The translations under genes and the position numbers were made by a program. Below the pieces are notes generated by a model. The model was given only the letters and a program-made list of their open reading frames with translations. It was not told the origin of the DNA and did no database searches. Below are positions 29,501 through 38,466 of a DNA stretch of 64,000 nucleotides, in pieces. The stretch is taken from IMG/VR virus record IMGVR_UViG_3300002143_000153, positions 1-64,000 of that record; one strand, given 5' to 3'. This DNA comes from a virus. Numbering within the stretch: the first letter of the stretch is position 1; each line of letters opens with the position of its first letter.

Positions 29501-32500
29501 AGGAGCTAATTCAAATTTTGAAAGAAATTCTACAGATGTAAAAAGAATAGGATTAAGCATTGATAAAAAAATCAATGATGGTAAAACATCTAATGAGATT
29601 ATACAAGAATTAGCAGCTCAAGGAATTGTGGCTATGACTAACACACTTGATAGATTTAGGGAGTTTATATCAGATAGACAATCTGGTAAAACTACACAGA
29701 CTTTTGAAGAGTGGTATAATGAAACAGTTTCTGAACTTGATGCAGAACTTGATGCAGAACTTGATGCTTTAAATACTAATACAGAACAAACTTCTGAAAC
29801 ATTAAGTTTAGAAGATCAAATTAAAAAGCTTGAGGGTAGAAAAAGTATTTTAGATAAGCAGATTAATGATGAAGCAAAAGCACAAGGTGTTAATAGATAT
29901 AATTTAAAACAAGGCTCTGAGGAATATCAACAACTTGATTCTGAAATTAAAAATTTAAAATCTCAACGTAAAAATGCTTTCAAAATAGTTAATACACCAG
30001 AAGCATTAGCTGAAGATTTAAAAATTGATGACTTTATTAATTGGGCTAAAAGAAACTTACCTGATTTTATTCAAATAGTTGATATAGCTGAATTAAAAAA
30101 TAAACTAAAAGCTAATGGTTATACTGCAGGTCAGTTTACAATGGCTTTAAGAAATATTGCTGGTGGTGTAGAAGTAAGCGGTACTATATACACAGGTCCT
30201 TCAAGTATGATTGCTTACCATGAAGCTTTTCATAGTGTCTTTAGAATGCTGCTTACAGATGAAGAACAAACTAAATTATTAAAAATTGCTAAAGATGAAG
30301 TAAGAGCTAAGTTTAAAACACCAGAAGCTTTAATGGAAGACATGTTGCAATTTCAAACTCTTAGCCCTTTATATAAAAGCATGAGTCTTAAAAGACTTGA
30401 GCGTGAATATCTAGAGGAATATATGGCTGATGAGTTTGCTAAGTTTAAACAAAATCCTAGAAGTACAAAAACATCTTCTATAATTAAATCCCTATTTAAT
30501 AGAATAATAGAATGGATTAAAGCAGCATTAAAACGTTATAGTAAAAATGAACTTATCAATGTGTTTGAAAACATTGATGCTGGTAAATACAAAGGTGGTG
30601 CTGTAGCAGATAACTTTTATACTAAAGATTTAGATGGTGATATTACTATTGAAGCCTATAAAGCAATTCCATATGAATCAATTAATGGTGAGCTATTTGC
30701 TTCTGAATTATTTTTAGATCCTGCAACATCTGATTTATTAATAAGAATGATTGCTAATACATATCTAGAAAGAGTTAGTAAAGCAAAGACTAATATTGAA
30801 GAAAACAAAGTTAAAGATCAACTTTCAAATTTATTAAGCAAGTATAGCAAATTAAATGATGAAGATCAAACTGAAGAGATTACATCTGAAAAAGTTTATA
30901 TAGGCGCTGTTATAGCAGATTATGCTGATTTGTATTATCCGGGTAGAGATATCTATAATGGAGATAAATTTAGTGATTCTCAAGCTGAAAAATTAGAACA
31001 AATTTATAAAGCTTTAACTTTAGATGATGGAGAAAAAGTTGCTGATGAAGTAGCAGATTATATTTCTTTATTTGATATGAAGTTTGAAGAAATAAATAAT
31101 GAAATAGATTATCTTGAAAATTCAATTGGTAGTAGAAGTGTAGACCAATATGGTAGAGAAAATCAAGAGATAGGTATTCAACCCAGTAAAAAAATTAGAC
31201 TATATATTGCATCAACAATAGTAACTTCAAAAGACATGTTTGGTAATACTGAATTGCTTAATGGTGAACCCATAAAAGTAGCTGTTAAATACCAAGATGT
31301 ACACAATGGTTTAATGCTTGCTGCAATGAATGAGATAGATCCTTTTAAAATGATTACAAGAATGTATTACCATTCAAGAAGATCTTTAAATACAGCAGCT
31401 GTACTTGATAGATTTTTAAATGATGTTGGTATCATAAATGGGTCAAGATCTATGAGTGATGTTATTGATTCAGGTGAATTACCTACGGATATTAAAGATA
31501 CTTTATTATATCATGAGTTTATAAAAACTTATAAAAATAGTAGATTTGATTATGCATTTCATTTAAAAGATAAAAAATTAGGTAAAGCAATTATTATTTC
31601 AGCATCTCAATCAGATGCTGCTACTGCGCAAATAGATTCTTGGAAAAAATTCCATGGAGATAAGTTTGAATTATTTAAACAAAATGATAAAGCCTTGAAC
31701 CAAGCTGTTTCATCTTTAACTTTACTATCTAAAACATTAGGTAAAAATAAGATTACTAATAAGGAGTTATCTGCATTAGCTGATTCTTTATCAAAGAATA
31801 TTTTTGAAGACCTTGGTATAAGTTTTAGCCGTGGTTTCTTAGAGGTAAGCATTTCTTCTTCTATTGTTAACAAGAAAAAATATCAAAAAAACTTAACGGA
31901 AGTTGGTGAAAACATAAGACTTATTACTAAAGAAGATGCTTTGCAAATGTTACTTGCCTTACGTGTAAAAGTAACATCAGACGTAGGTTCAAAAATTGTT
32001 AAATTTAGACCTGAAAATTTATTTGTAGATGTTGAAGGTAAAGGAGTAAGTTCTAGATTAATGTCTTTAGCTTTAGGTAACGCTCATTTTGATGAAGCGA
32101 TTGGAGCTACTGTATTTACAGATGTTAATGATAAACTTATATACGCACACCAACATCAAACATATCATTCAAGAAGAATAGCTCAGTTAAATAGTGAAAC
32201 TTTTTTAACTGAATTAGTTGAAGAAAATGCATTTCTAGAAAAAAATATTCTTACTGATAACTTGGCTTTTAGACAAATGGCCAAAGATAAAATGCTTGCA
32301 ATTACTAGAGTTTCTGGTACTAAAAATGCAGATCTTTCAAATAGTCAAATTGATAATTTATCAGATGCAGCATTAAAAGAAGAAGGTGTTACTTATGGTG
32401 ATATGAGTTCTGCTGAATTTATAAATACACTTGTTGATTTATATGTACAATCTTTTAATACTAAAAGTGAAACTAATGAAAAAATAACTTATAAGAATGA

Positions 32501-35500
32501 AGAGGGTTTTACAGAAACTATTGCAAAAGCACCTGTTCTTTTAAGAATTATGGAAGCATCTAATACAAATGATTTAGTTTCTTTACCTGTTATTAAAACT
32601 GTAAGTATGACTGATAATAATGAATGGTCTATAACAGATAATGCATTACAGTTATTTGCTAATGAAATTGAAAGGGAATATAATGCAATAAAAGAAAACT
32701 TTAAAAAAGGAATTCAAGGCTTTGATGGTATTGACGGATACAATGATATGCAATCAGACAGAAGTGATAAAGGAAGAGGTTTTAAATTCTTTAAAATGGA
32801 TGTTTTATTAAATGATGAAAACAAAAAAGTTTATCTAGAAGCAGCTGAAGCAGGTTTGAATTTTACTGAAGCTTATCCTATAAATAGTTTAAAGAATGAT
32901 TTAAATAAAGAATTGCAATCTTTATTAGATTCATTTGATATAATGCTAAAAGATGAAAAATTAGCTACTCTTCAAAACAATAATAAAATTAAATTTAATT
33001 TTTCAAGTTTAGTTACCGGTTCATTCCCAAAAACAGAAAAAGGTAAAAGAGCAATGGAAGAATTAAATCTTTCTGAGAATGATCAGTCATTTAACATAGC
33101 TCAAATATTTTTAAATAACTTTTTAAATACCATGGCAATTAATCAATTAATACTTGGTGAAGAAGCTAGACTATTTAAAGATCCTTTTATTGATGCAATC
33201 AAAAGAGCTAAAATGCAAAATACAGCACCTATCTCTGTAGAGAGTTATGCTATTGATAAAGCTAAAGGGATTAATCATACATTAGGTGACGACTCTATTT
33301 CATTGATTACAATGGAAGATGCTTTATACGATCAAGTATTTACAGACAAATCTGTAAGAGGTAAAGGAGAAAAAACAGATGCACAAACATATATAACATC
33401 AAAAGGCTCTAGATATTTTAATTATGGTTTAGGGCAATTAACTGACGCAATGGTTCAGCTTCATAATAAAATTGATGCCGGTGAAATAATTACTTCAGAA
33501 GATTGGTATGGTAATAAAAACAATATAGGATTTTTAAAAGCAGGTGCTATATTAAATTCTCAAAAGTATGTGTATGGAGACGGGCAATCTTTTATAAAAA
33601 TGTCTACTGTTACATTAACTAAGGAAGAAACATCTGATTTGGTTAATGGTGTGTGGGTTGCTAAAATTGGTATGGAAGAGTTACATAATACCAGGGAAAT
33701 GATGGAGGAGTATGAAAAAACAAATCCTACAAAAGTTGCTTTTTTAGCGCCTAGATCTGCAGTTAAAATGTTAAAAAGTAGAGTGCATTCACTTTCAAGA
33801 ATAACAGATAATAAATCACCTTTAAAAACAACTGATGTAACACCTATAAATGCAAAAGATTTTGGTTTACAACAAGTTAATCCTTCTAATAAACTAGAAG
33901 TTACTTTACCTAACCAGATTAAATCTTTAATTACCAGTGAACAAAAAGATTCTGAAATAGTAATTATAAACGGTATGCCTCTAGAAATAGGTGCTATTAA
34001 AAAAGCATACCACAAGCTTACAAAAGAAGGTGTTAAATTTGAATTCAGACAAAAGAAAAATCTAATGTTTGATTTGTTGCCTGTACTAGATTTAGATATT
34101 TTATCCTCAATGGAAAAAGATAGTACAATAGATGCAAATTTGGCAACATTCTTACGTGCGGCAAATAACTATTTAAAGTCTTCTGCTGCAGGTAGTAATA
34201 TGGTTGAGTTCTTTAAAACTAATAAAGGTTATGCTAAATATGAATTAAATAATCCTATAACTATTAAAAAGTTTGAACAATTCTTTTTAGCTTATTTTAG
34301 TAAAAAAGTTTTAGCTGAAAAAGTAACAGGTCATGCTTTTGCATTAAAATCTGGTTTTGGAAAATCCATAATTAGAAAAGTATATAGTTTAGATTCAGAA
34401 GGTAATATTGATAAGCAAGATGTTATTAGAAGAAAAGTTCATCAACAAAATGGTAATAAAGAAGTTACTATAGATTTAAGAACAGAAAATGGTTTTGAAC
34501 AACTTAAAGAAGCTTTAAAAAATAATTCTGAAGGTGTTACAGTTATTGATAGACTTAGAATAAACTTACCTAAATATAATAAGATAGGAGCTGTTAAAGA
34601 TTGGGTTGCAACAGGTGAAAGAATAGCTGAAACTATTGTACCTGCTCACTACAAAGAAGTAATGGATCTGATTGAAAATTGGAATTATAATAAGTATGGA
34701 AGAATACCAGATGTAATTGCTAGAATGTTTGTTGTTAGGATTCCATCTCAAGATAAACATTCAGCTTTAAGTGTAGAGGTTGTAGATTTTGATCCTGTAT
34801 TCTTAGGATCAACTGCTGTATTCCCTGATGAACTTATTGAAGTATCGGGTGCAGATTTTGATATTGATAAAGTATTTGCTCATATTAAAGAATGGTATAT
34901 AAAAAAAGGTGAGTTTATTGAATATGGTAGATCTAATGCTACAGAAGAAGAAAAGTATGATGACTATATTTATAATTCAAATAAGTTAATTAATAAAAAA
35001 GATTCTTATTTATATGATGCTCTATATAAATATAATACCATAGGTGGTTCTAAGATTAATGCATTAAAACCAAAGCAAAGAAAAGAACTTCTTAAAGATA
35101 AAAACTTTAAAGAAGAAACTTTAGATGCTTTATCAATGCTTAATTTACCAAGAACTTTTAAGGAATACACAGTCTATAAAGAAAAATATGGTGTTGAACC
35201 ATACAAGGCTGCTATAAATAATCAATTACTTGATTTAAAAATGGCTCTTGTAAGTAATAAAGCTATGACAGAATCTATTAATGGTGATACACCTTTAGCT
35301 TTTCAACCTGCAGATATAGAAGCTTTAAAAGCTGAAAAGACACGTTTATTTAATGAATTCCCTCAATTAAAAGCATTATCAAAAGATGATTTTCCTATTG
35401 ATAGTTTAATAGGTCAATACTATAGTCATCTTAATGTTAAACAAAATGCTAATCTAATTGGCGCTGTTGTGCCTAGAAACGTAGTTATAAATTTCTTAAA

Positions 35501-38465
35501 GGAAATAGATGTAACTTTAAATAGCAAATGGGGTGAAATAAATGTTAATGACCAACCGCTTACTAAATTTGAAAACTTTACTAAAGATTCTTCCGGTGTA
35601 AGATCTCAATATTTGTTATCTAATCTTATAAGTGCTGCTACAGATGATGCTAAAGAAAGAATATTATCTGCACTTGGTTTTAATAAAGATGCTATAGGTA
35701 TTGTAGAAACAATGCTGGCCATGGGGTTATCTGTACATACAGCTACAATGTTTGTTAATGTTCCTGTTATAAGGAATGCTATGAAAGAAAGTGATCCATC
35801 TATAATTAAAACAGCAATATCAAATGTAGGTACAGATAAAGATGTAAATGTTACAGATTTAATTTTATCAAATGCTATTAATAAGACAGCTACTCCAGAA
35901 GAGTTATTAGGTATATATAAAACTTTTAATAAATTTAAAAATATAAAAGTGTTCATAGATAACTTAATACCTATTTTTAATTTAAATACGGGATTTGGTA
36001 AAGATTTTACCAGCTTAGAAGAGGTTCAACAAGGAATTGATGAATTGGGTATATATCTATCAGATGTAGAATTTAATAAAAACAAGTTACCTTTTGATAT
36101 AAGAAATGGTATTAAAAACCATTATATTTCAGGTTACTTAGAAATTTTTAATGAGTTTACAGAAGCAGTTCTACCTAGAGTTTTCTTAACGCAAACTGCT
36201 AAGTTTAAGGAATTAACTTCTGGTATATTTGGTTATAGTAGTTTTTCTGCAAGCAAAAAAGTAAAAGGTAAAGATCAAATTTCTAAAAATGTTTTAGCTT
36301 ATGTAACAATAAAAGCTTACATGAATCAGCTCTTTAAAAATGAAGAAGCTGCAAGTGCAATTGGTGGTTCATTAAACAATGACTTTATTTATGGTAATGG
36401 TAATTCAAACTATAACATTAATACAGTATTTAATAATTTAAGAGAAAACAATAAAGGTAAATCTAATTATTTTTTAGACTATTATGCGTCTACTCAAAAA
36501 GCTTCTGATAAAATTAATACTACAGGTTTAAATCTACTTAACTCAAACAGTTTTGGTAAACTAAGTGATAATGAAAAAGTACGTATTCAAAATGGTTTTC
36601 ATCAATTGTATGGTGAGAAAGAAACAAGAGCTGATGCTGTTAATATAATACACTATGTAATGATTAAAGACGGTCTTCAGTATGCAAATGGAAGTATACT
36701 TGATGCATTGGTTCCTTTTACTATGGAGAATTACTTAAGCGCATCTACAAAAGCATTTAATGTTTTTAAAGGTAATGATAATTTTGAAGACGTTTTTGGT
36801 GTATCATTTGAAGAATTAAAAGATGAAGTAATAACTAAATATGGTAGAGCTACATCATATGCATCAAACATATATAAACTTTCTCCTGAATATTTATTTA
36901 AAGGAAAAGATTCTCCGTTTGCTTATGAAGAAATAAAACTTGATGATACTCTAACATACACTAGAGTCATGTCTAATGATAAGTCTAAACCTAGTAAACC
37001 TTTATTTAAATTTCCTTTATTCATAAATAGAAGAGTAAAAGATCCAATAAATGGTAATTCAGAAGGTTACATAAATAATTATTATGTACTAACAAATGCA
37101 ACTTTAAATGGTGAAGATGTAATGTGGAAGAGAGGTGCTGGTGCCATAGATTCTGATAAAGTAACTTATGTTAAATATGAATTAGAAGGTGCTTATAAAC
37201 AAAACATTATTGGTTTTATGTTTGATAATGAAAACTACAAAAGACCTACAATCAAAGAACTAATAGCGTATAGACAAAGTCTTAATGACTTTTCTTCATA
37301 TAGAGATGACTTTGATGATATTGATTTTGATGATATTGATTTTGAGGATATTTTAATGGAAGAAGCTGAATCTAACAAGTTTACATTTTCTTCAGTTGAT
37401 GAAAGTAGTGTAGTAGCAAATGAAAAAGGAATTGCTATTGATGATATAAATATTTCAGATTACAAACGACCTGAAGGTGTTGAAGATGCGGAGAATAAAT
37501 TGCTTAAGTTTATGGCAAACAAATCAAATCCAGCACAACCAGCTACTGGTGCTGAAGAAGTGTTATCTATACAAGATGTTTTAAAAGAATATACCTTAGA
37601 AGAATTAAAACAAGGAGTTAATCTTAGGTCATTACAGGATAAAGTATTAAAAGGTGATGAAGAAACTATTAAAACTGCATATAACTACTTAAAAGCATAT
37701 GAAAAGGTAGAGTTATTAAAAAAAGAGTATGATAATACAGTAGAAAAAAATAAGGAAATTACTACAAAGATTAATAGTCTAACTCAAAGAATTAATGATA
37801 CTATACCAACAAAAGTTGGAGATGTGCTTGATATATCTAATGATGAAAATATGTCTGATTATAAGGCTAGATTATTAGAGATAACAAGAAATGAAAAAGG
37901 TGCTGTATTAAAAATTATAACAGCAAAGAAAAAAGAATATACACTTGTAGTTACTAAGGAAGGAGAAACTAAAACAGGATATGTAACTAATTTTGTATTT
38001 GAATCAAGCAAAGAAGATGTTGGAACATTAAGAGCGGATAAAGAAAATCTAAAAAGTCAATTAGTTTCTGTTAAAGATTACTTTGATTATGATAATGCAT
38101 TTTCAAAAATATGGAAAGATTATTTTATACCCACTCAACCATCTACTAGTGTTGAACCAGGAGTACAAGAACTATTTGATTCTAATCCTAAATTAGCTAA
38201 TGCTGTATATGGAGCTTTAGGGTTTCCTATCATTAATGAATCAGAAATAACTTATACAGATGAAAACGGTAATCCTTGTGCTAAAATAGGATTAACTAAT
38301 ACTACTAAAGGAACAGGTTGGAAAATAGTTAAAGATTTTAAAGGACAACCTAAACATAGTCAAGGTGGTGTAGATATTATTATTTCTGATAAAGGAATAA
38401 GTATGAGAAAAAGCGGTAAAGATATAAAAGCTAAGTTTGGATTATTAATATCTAATAATAATTAA
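23502..38465 (+). CDS. Virion-packaged single-chain double-psi beta-barrel RNA polymerase polyprotein with zincin metallopeptidase domain
   Basis: RIPSQ (about 34738) and GADFDIDK (DFDID at 34854-34868), the crAss-like RNAP catalytic motif; YHEAFH (30219-30233) followed by EEYMADEF. Confidence 0.9.
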   Translation: MDLKNQNTVTPEGVENSLPINTSISQAWNPDGFEFKPMNEIFDFGPNTDDQVAEEFRRTINEIVPKVNEIIPSSNLEYKKGAPGLNSFEGFSKVFDNPNSYMAGVKDDPLYLKPMISGARSSGFDRIADHHNFKELGWNPLRDNEKYYNDNSSAFWDLTRATKYWAESLGTGFMSSYRSFGDFIDDDSYWLSADYESSDEFEEATRLGSSTRGGFAGFSTNLFLQTGYTVGILSSIAAEELALAAATTASEGIAAPAFLSRTMVNFGRSIKNMANLFDVGKALKGSKSILDSIRSVENAKDLWDASRTIGAAPVKFLGNVFTPETMAVIKSMKSAENTAQGMTAAAKFGKGFGAFYKDMRSINYAMSEGKMEAGFVFNEVFSEGLAIKKRENGGFDLSQEQLKTLNEDALKAATETLWFNAPAIFLTNQLVLGTALRGFSPTMRRIFSDKLPGFAKNIIRSKPVRDKATGVLNKGLYVDVSPKNFRANFINLKKLKSVGAKGTLINTAHGLLRYSAASIGEGLQEVYQEGVQVGVVDYHRALMENPMAPATNLMQQSFKEAVNSQMSGQGLEVFASGFLMGGLVQGPQKLFFEIAPEIYQNKKNPEKFAEYEKNKIEFLKVANEVGDKIQENPFDFWNNSKLHLFSAKEGDDETKKALYEDDNLGFRDAKDDATFMHYHFLMTSEADGLFREQFQDLLNLNDEDLKALYPDSNKPIEDVRNKIQKSIDGIKEYKKKYNDSFDIIQNPINYNQYEKRKRKYNDERIKHAAIEHARMLYLFANDAFEQANKRRYNIENTLITSPVMNDLASNDLTVLLSVDSINLENNMLIREISNLQKAEKPDSKLIKEKQAKLKSLIEYRVILESIYDEESKTYDRDKSSKLKDPLVKYLKTLGAINKKGYIKRDEINGVIAMLVDHNNLDTRAQLFDRTVALFSDPNKILNLVDRISDNLGVLFSNTKKIYVKSVEQAVMNEEMKQLTSQLESIGVVPDPDQFDAFLKSGNANLLTKFHTEKGILDRTIDKEIYDVIQSEINVYNTASNYKPEITEAEEVDEFGNIADESPANKSIDESKFDNIISEELGDDVLSEIQEETPDNDLTIPGDAFFTLQVLNNIYNDYKIKNINKESALLTFQEWVNTNAGNNVVRGLDKLKALWFNSLKASDKTEEENTTLYKSEEGFQDWILENKNDRVVSLIMIMAGFNIKSIESEKTETDLESIVDTATEEVIQIGPNVNIVKRKVINPEDTTDFNYIYELVDNNNISIEAQFLKEAGVDGIYLEENKAGAWAAYTALLKVVPKTDVYSYDGIDVKYGDELENVNGDKFIVLGADTSPSMGQYLKLIPFDKVGLSNEQKKAAMIYVKEKGFSDLYSKPENKITSITYSTNMTKLDHRDINGVYAIQLTSRTTTSGKETIKDAEERLQKTLSLLSAEDLESATVTIRENVRQAPKAFQTGTTPENNLIQNKGDKYTVLITLSPGSIDKVKSLYGENFNGDIAFIRNDRYGFVGRSGNQVSVDAFTDGNLKKYILGNNTDASDLKNQMLRQSELTEKLDELVKDNVSMSLKDFQDTTKINLKISDGIVTWDDVTKSLNDLAYSTYDGVKVVMINTKDGVSYVTDIKNPTEEVAFINKLEEDLEKTPKPEKYGNMLNMALDSGRYVAIVKDANGVVTAVQLRQKSYSKEERTEFYKELLDRAKETADNNVKEGNVSNKTINNDWNDNFNKRFYLKATAGTFIDFKVWPDGNITLSIHNKAKGLEKQLERIRVADLNEYIKDPIKVESLYEVLNNNDVVVKFNKYQSEKINLSGESVTRVFATTAGVSEIIEKTVTDINPNVRINKKLYLEYTSDLIEAEKIIPGVELEDQKGEVLTPQETAIATDKVSDINQIQAARESQEELNSDEITAEADIERELFTTPISLNNWTSVEHGKYIKLLTLRGDLEKRDLLRNLDPKSSWQLYAVENLSEEEAGDILSIIKEAKKADIEIRKNKSRTIDSQPFQRNNTTGANSNFERNSTDVKRIGLSIDKKINDGKTSNEIIQELAAQGIVAMTNTLDRFREFISDRQSGKTTQTFEEWYNETVSELDAELDAELDALNTNTEQTSETLSLEDQIKKLEGRKSILDKQINDEAKAQGVNRYNLKQGSEEYQQLDSEIKNLKSQRKNAFKIVNTPEALAEDLKIDDFINWAKRNLPDFIQIVDIAELKNKLKANGYTAGQFTMALRNIAGGVEVSGTIYTGPSSMIAYHEAFHSVFRMLLTDEEQTKLLKIAKDEVRAKFKTPEALMEDMLQFQTLSPLYKSMSLKRLEREYLEEYMADEFAKFKQNPRSTKTSSIIKSLFNRIIEWIKAALKRYSKNELINVFENIDAGKYKGGAVADNFYTKDLDGDITIEAYKAIPYESINGELFASELFLDPATSDLLIRMIANTYLERVSKAKTNIEENKVKDQLSNLLSKYSKLNDEDQTEEITSEKVYIGAVIADYADLYYPGRDIYNGDKFSDSQAEKLEQIYKALTLDDGEKVADEVADYISLFDMKFEEINNEIDYLENSIGSRSVDQYGRENQEIGIQPSKKIRLYIASTIVTSKDMFGNTELLNGEPIKVAVKYQDVHNGLMLAAMNEIDPFKMITRMYYHSRRSLNTAAVLDRFLNDVGIINGSRSMSDVIDSGELPTDIKDTLLYHEFIKTYKNSRFDYAFHLKDKKLGKAIIISASQSDAATAQIDSWKKFHGDKFELFKQNDKALNQAVSSLTLLSKTLGKNKITNKELSALADSLSKNIFEDLGISFSRGFLEVSISSSIVNKKKYQKNLTEVGENIRLITKEDALQMLLALRVKVTSDVGSKIVKFRPENLFVDVEGKGVSSRLMSLALGNAHFDEAIGATVFTDVNDKLIYAHQHQTYHSRRIAQLNSETFLTELVEENAFLEKNILTDNLAFRQMAKDKMLAITRVSGTKNADLSNSQIDNLSDAALKEEGVTYGDMSSAEFINTLVDLYVQSFNTKSETNEKITYKNEEGFTETIAKAPVLLRIMEASNTNDLVSLPVIKTVSMTDNNEWSITDNALQLFANEIEREYNAIKENFKKGIQGFDGIDGYNDMQSDRSDKGRGFKFFKMDVLLNDENKKVYLEAAEAGLNFTEAYPINSLKNDLNKELQSLLDSFDIMLKDEKLATLQNNNKIKFNFSSLVTGSFPKTEKGKRAMEELNLSENDQSFNIAQIFLNNFLNTMAINQLILGEEARLFKDPFIDAIKRAKMQNTAPISVESYAIDKAKGINHTLGDDSISLITMEDALYDQVFTDKSVRGKGEKTDAQTYITSKGSRYFNYGLGQLTDAMVQLHNKIDAGEIITSEDWYGNKNNIGFLKAGAILNSQKYVYGDGQSFIKMSTVTLTKEETSDLVNGVWVAKIGMEELHNTREMMEEYEKTNPTKVAFLAPRSAVKMLKSRVHSLSRITDNKSPLKTTDVTPINAKDFGLQQVNPSNKLEVTLPNQIKSLITSEQKDSEIVIINGMPLEIGAIKKAYHKLTKEGVKFEFRQKKNLMFDLLPVLDLDILSSMEKDSTIDANLATFLRAANNYLKSSAAGSNMVEFFKTNKGYAKYELNNPITIKKFEQFFLAYFSKKVLAEKVTGHAFALKSGFGKSIIRKVYSLDSEGNIDKQDVIRRKVHQQNGNKEVTIDLRTENGFEQLKEALKNNSEGVTVIDRLRINLPKYNKIGAVKDWVATGERIAETIVPAHYKEVMDLIENWNYNKYGRIPDVIARMFVVRIPSQDKHSALSVEVVDFDPVFLGSTAVFPDELIEVSGADFDIDKVFAHIKEWYIKKGEFIEYGRSNATEEEKYDDYIYNSNKLINKKDSYLYDALYKYNTIGGSKINALKPKQRKELLKDKNFKEETLDALSMLNLPRTFKEYTVYKEKYGVEPYKAAINNQLLDLKMALVSNKAMTESINGDTPLAFQPADIEALKAEKTRLFNEFPQLKALSKDDFPIDSLIGQYYSHLNVKQNANLIGAVVPRNVVINFLKEIDVTLNSKWGEINVNDQPLTKFENFTKDSSGVRSQYLLSNLISAATDDAKERILSALGFNKDAIGIVETMLAMGLSVHTATMFVNVPVIRNAMKESDPSIIKTAISNVGTDKDVNVTDLILSNAINKTATPEELLGIYKTFNKFKNIKVFIDNLIPIFNLNTGFGKDFTSLEEVQQGIDELGIYLSDVEFNKNKLPFDIRNGIKNHYISGYLEIFNEFTEAVLPRVFLTQTAKFKELTSGIFGYSSFSASKKVKGKDQISKNVLAYVTIKAYMNQLFKNEEAASAIGGSLNNDFIYGNGNSNYNINTVFNNLRENNKGKSNYFLDYYASTQKASDKINTTGLNLLNSNSFGKLSDNEKVRIQNGFHQLYGEKETRADAVNIIHYVMIKDGLQYANGSILDALVPFTMENYLSASTKAFNVFKGNDNFEDVFGVSFEELKDEVITKYGRATSYASNIYKLSPEYLFKGKDSPFAYEEIKLDDTLTYTRVMSNDKSKPSKPLFKFPLFINRRVKDPINGNSEGYINNYYVLTNATLNGEDVMWKRGAGAIDSDKVTYVKYELEGAYKQNIIGFMFDNENYKRPTIKELIAYRQSLNDFSSYRDDFDDIDFDDIDFEDILMEEAESNKFTFSSVDESSVVANEKGIAIDDINISDYKRPEGVEDAENKLLKFMANKSNPAQPATGAEEVLSIQDVLKEYTLEELKQGVNLRSLQDKVLKGDEETIKTAYNYLKAYEKVELLKKEYDNTVEKNKEITTKINSLTQRINDTIPTKVGDVLDISNDENMSDYKARLLEITRNEKGAVLKIITAKKKEYTLVVTKEGETKTGYVTNFVFESSKEDVGTLRADKENLKSQLVSVKDYFDYDNAFSKIWKDYFIPTQPSTSVEPGVQELFDSNPKLANAVYGALGFPIINESEITYTDENGNPCAKIGLTNTTKGTGWKIVKDFKGQPKHSQGGVDIIISDKGISMRKSGKDIKAKFGLLISNNN
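29733..29767 (+). repeat. Tandem 12-bp repeat GAACTTGATGCA x3 (ELDA)
   Basis: Read directly; the third copy lacks the last base. Confidence 0.9.
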
Positions 38466-38466
38466 C

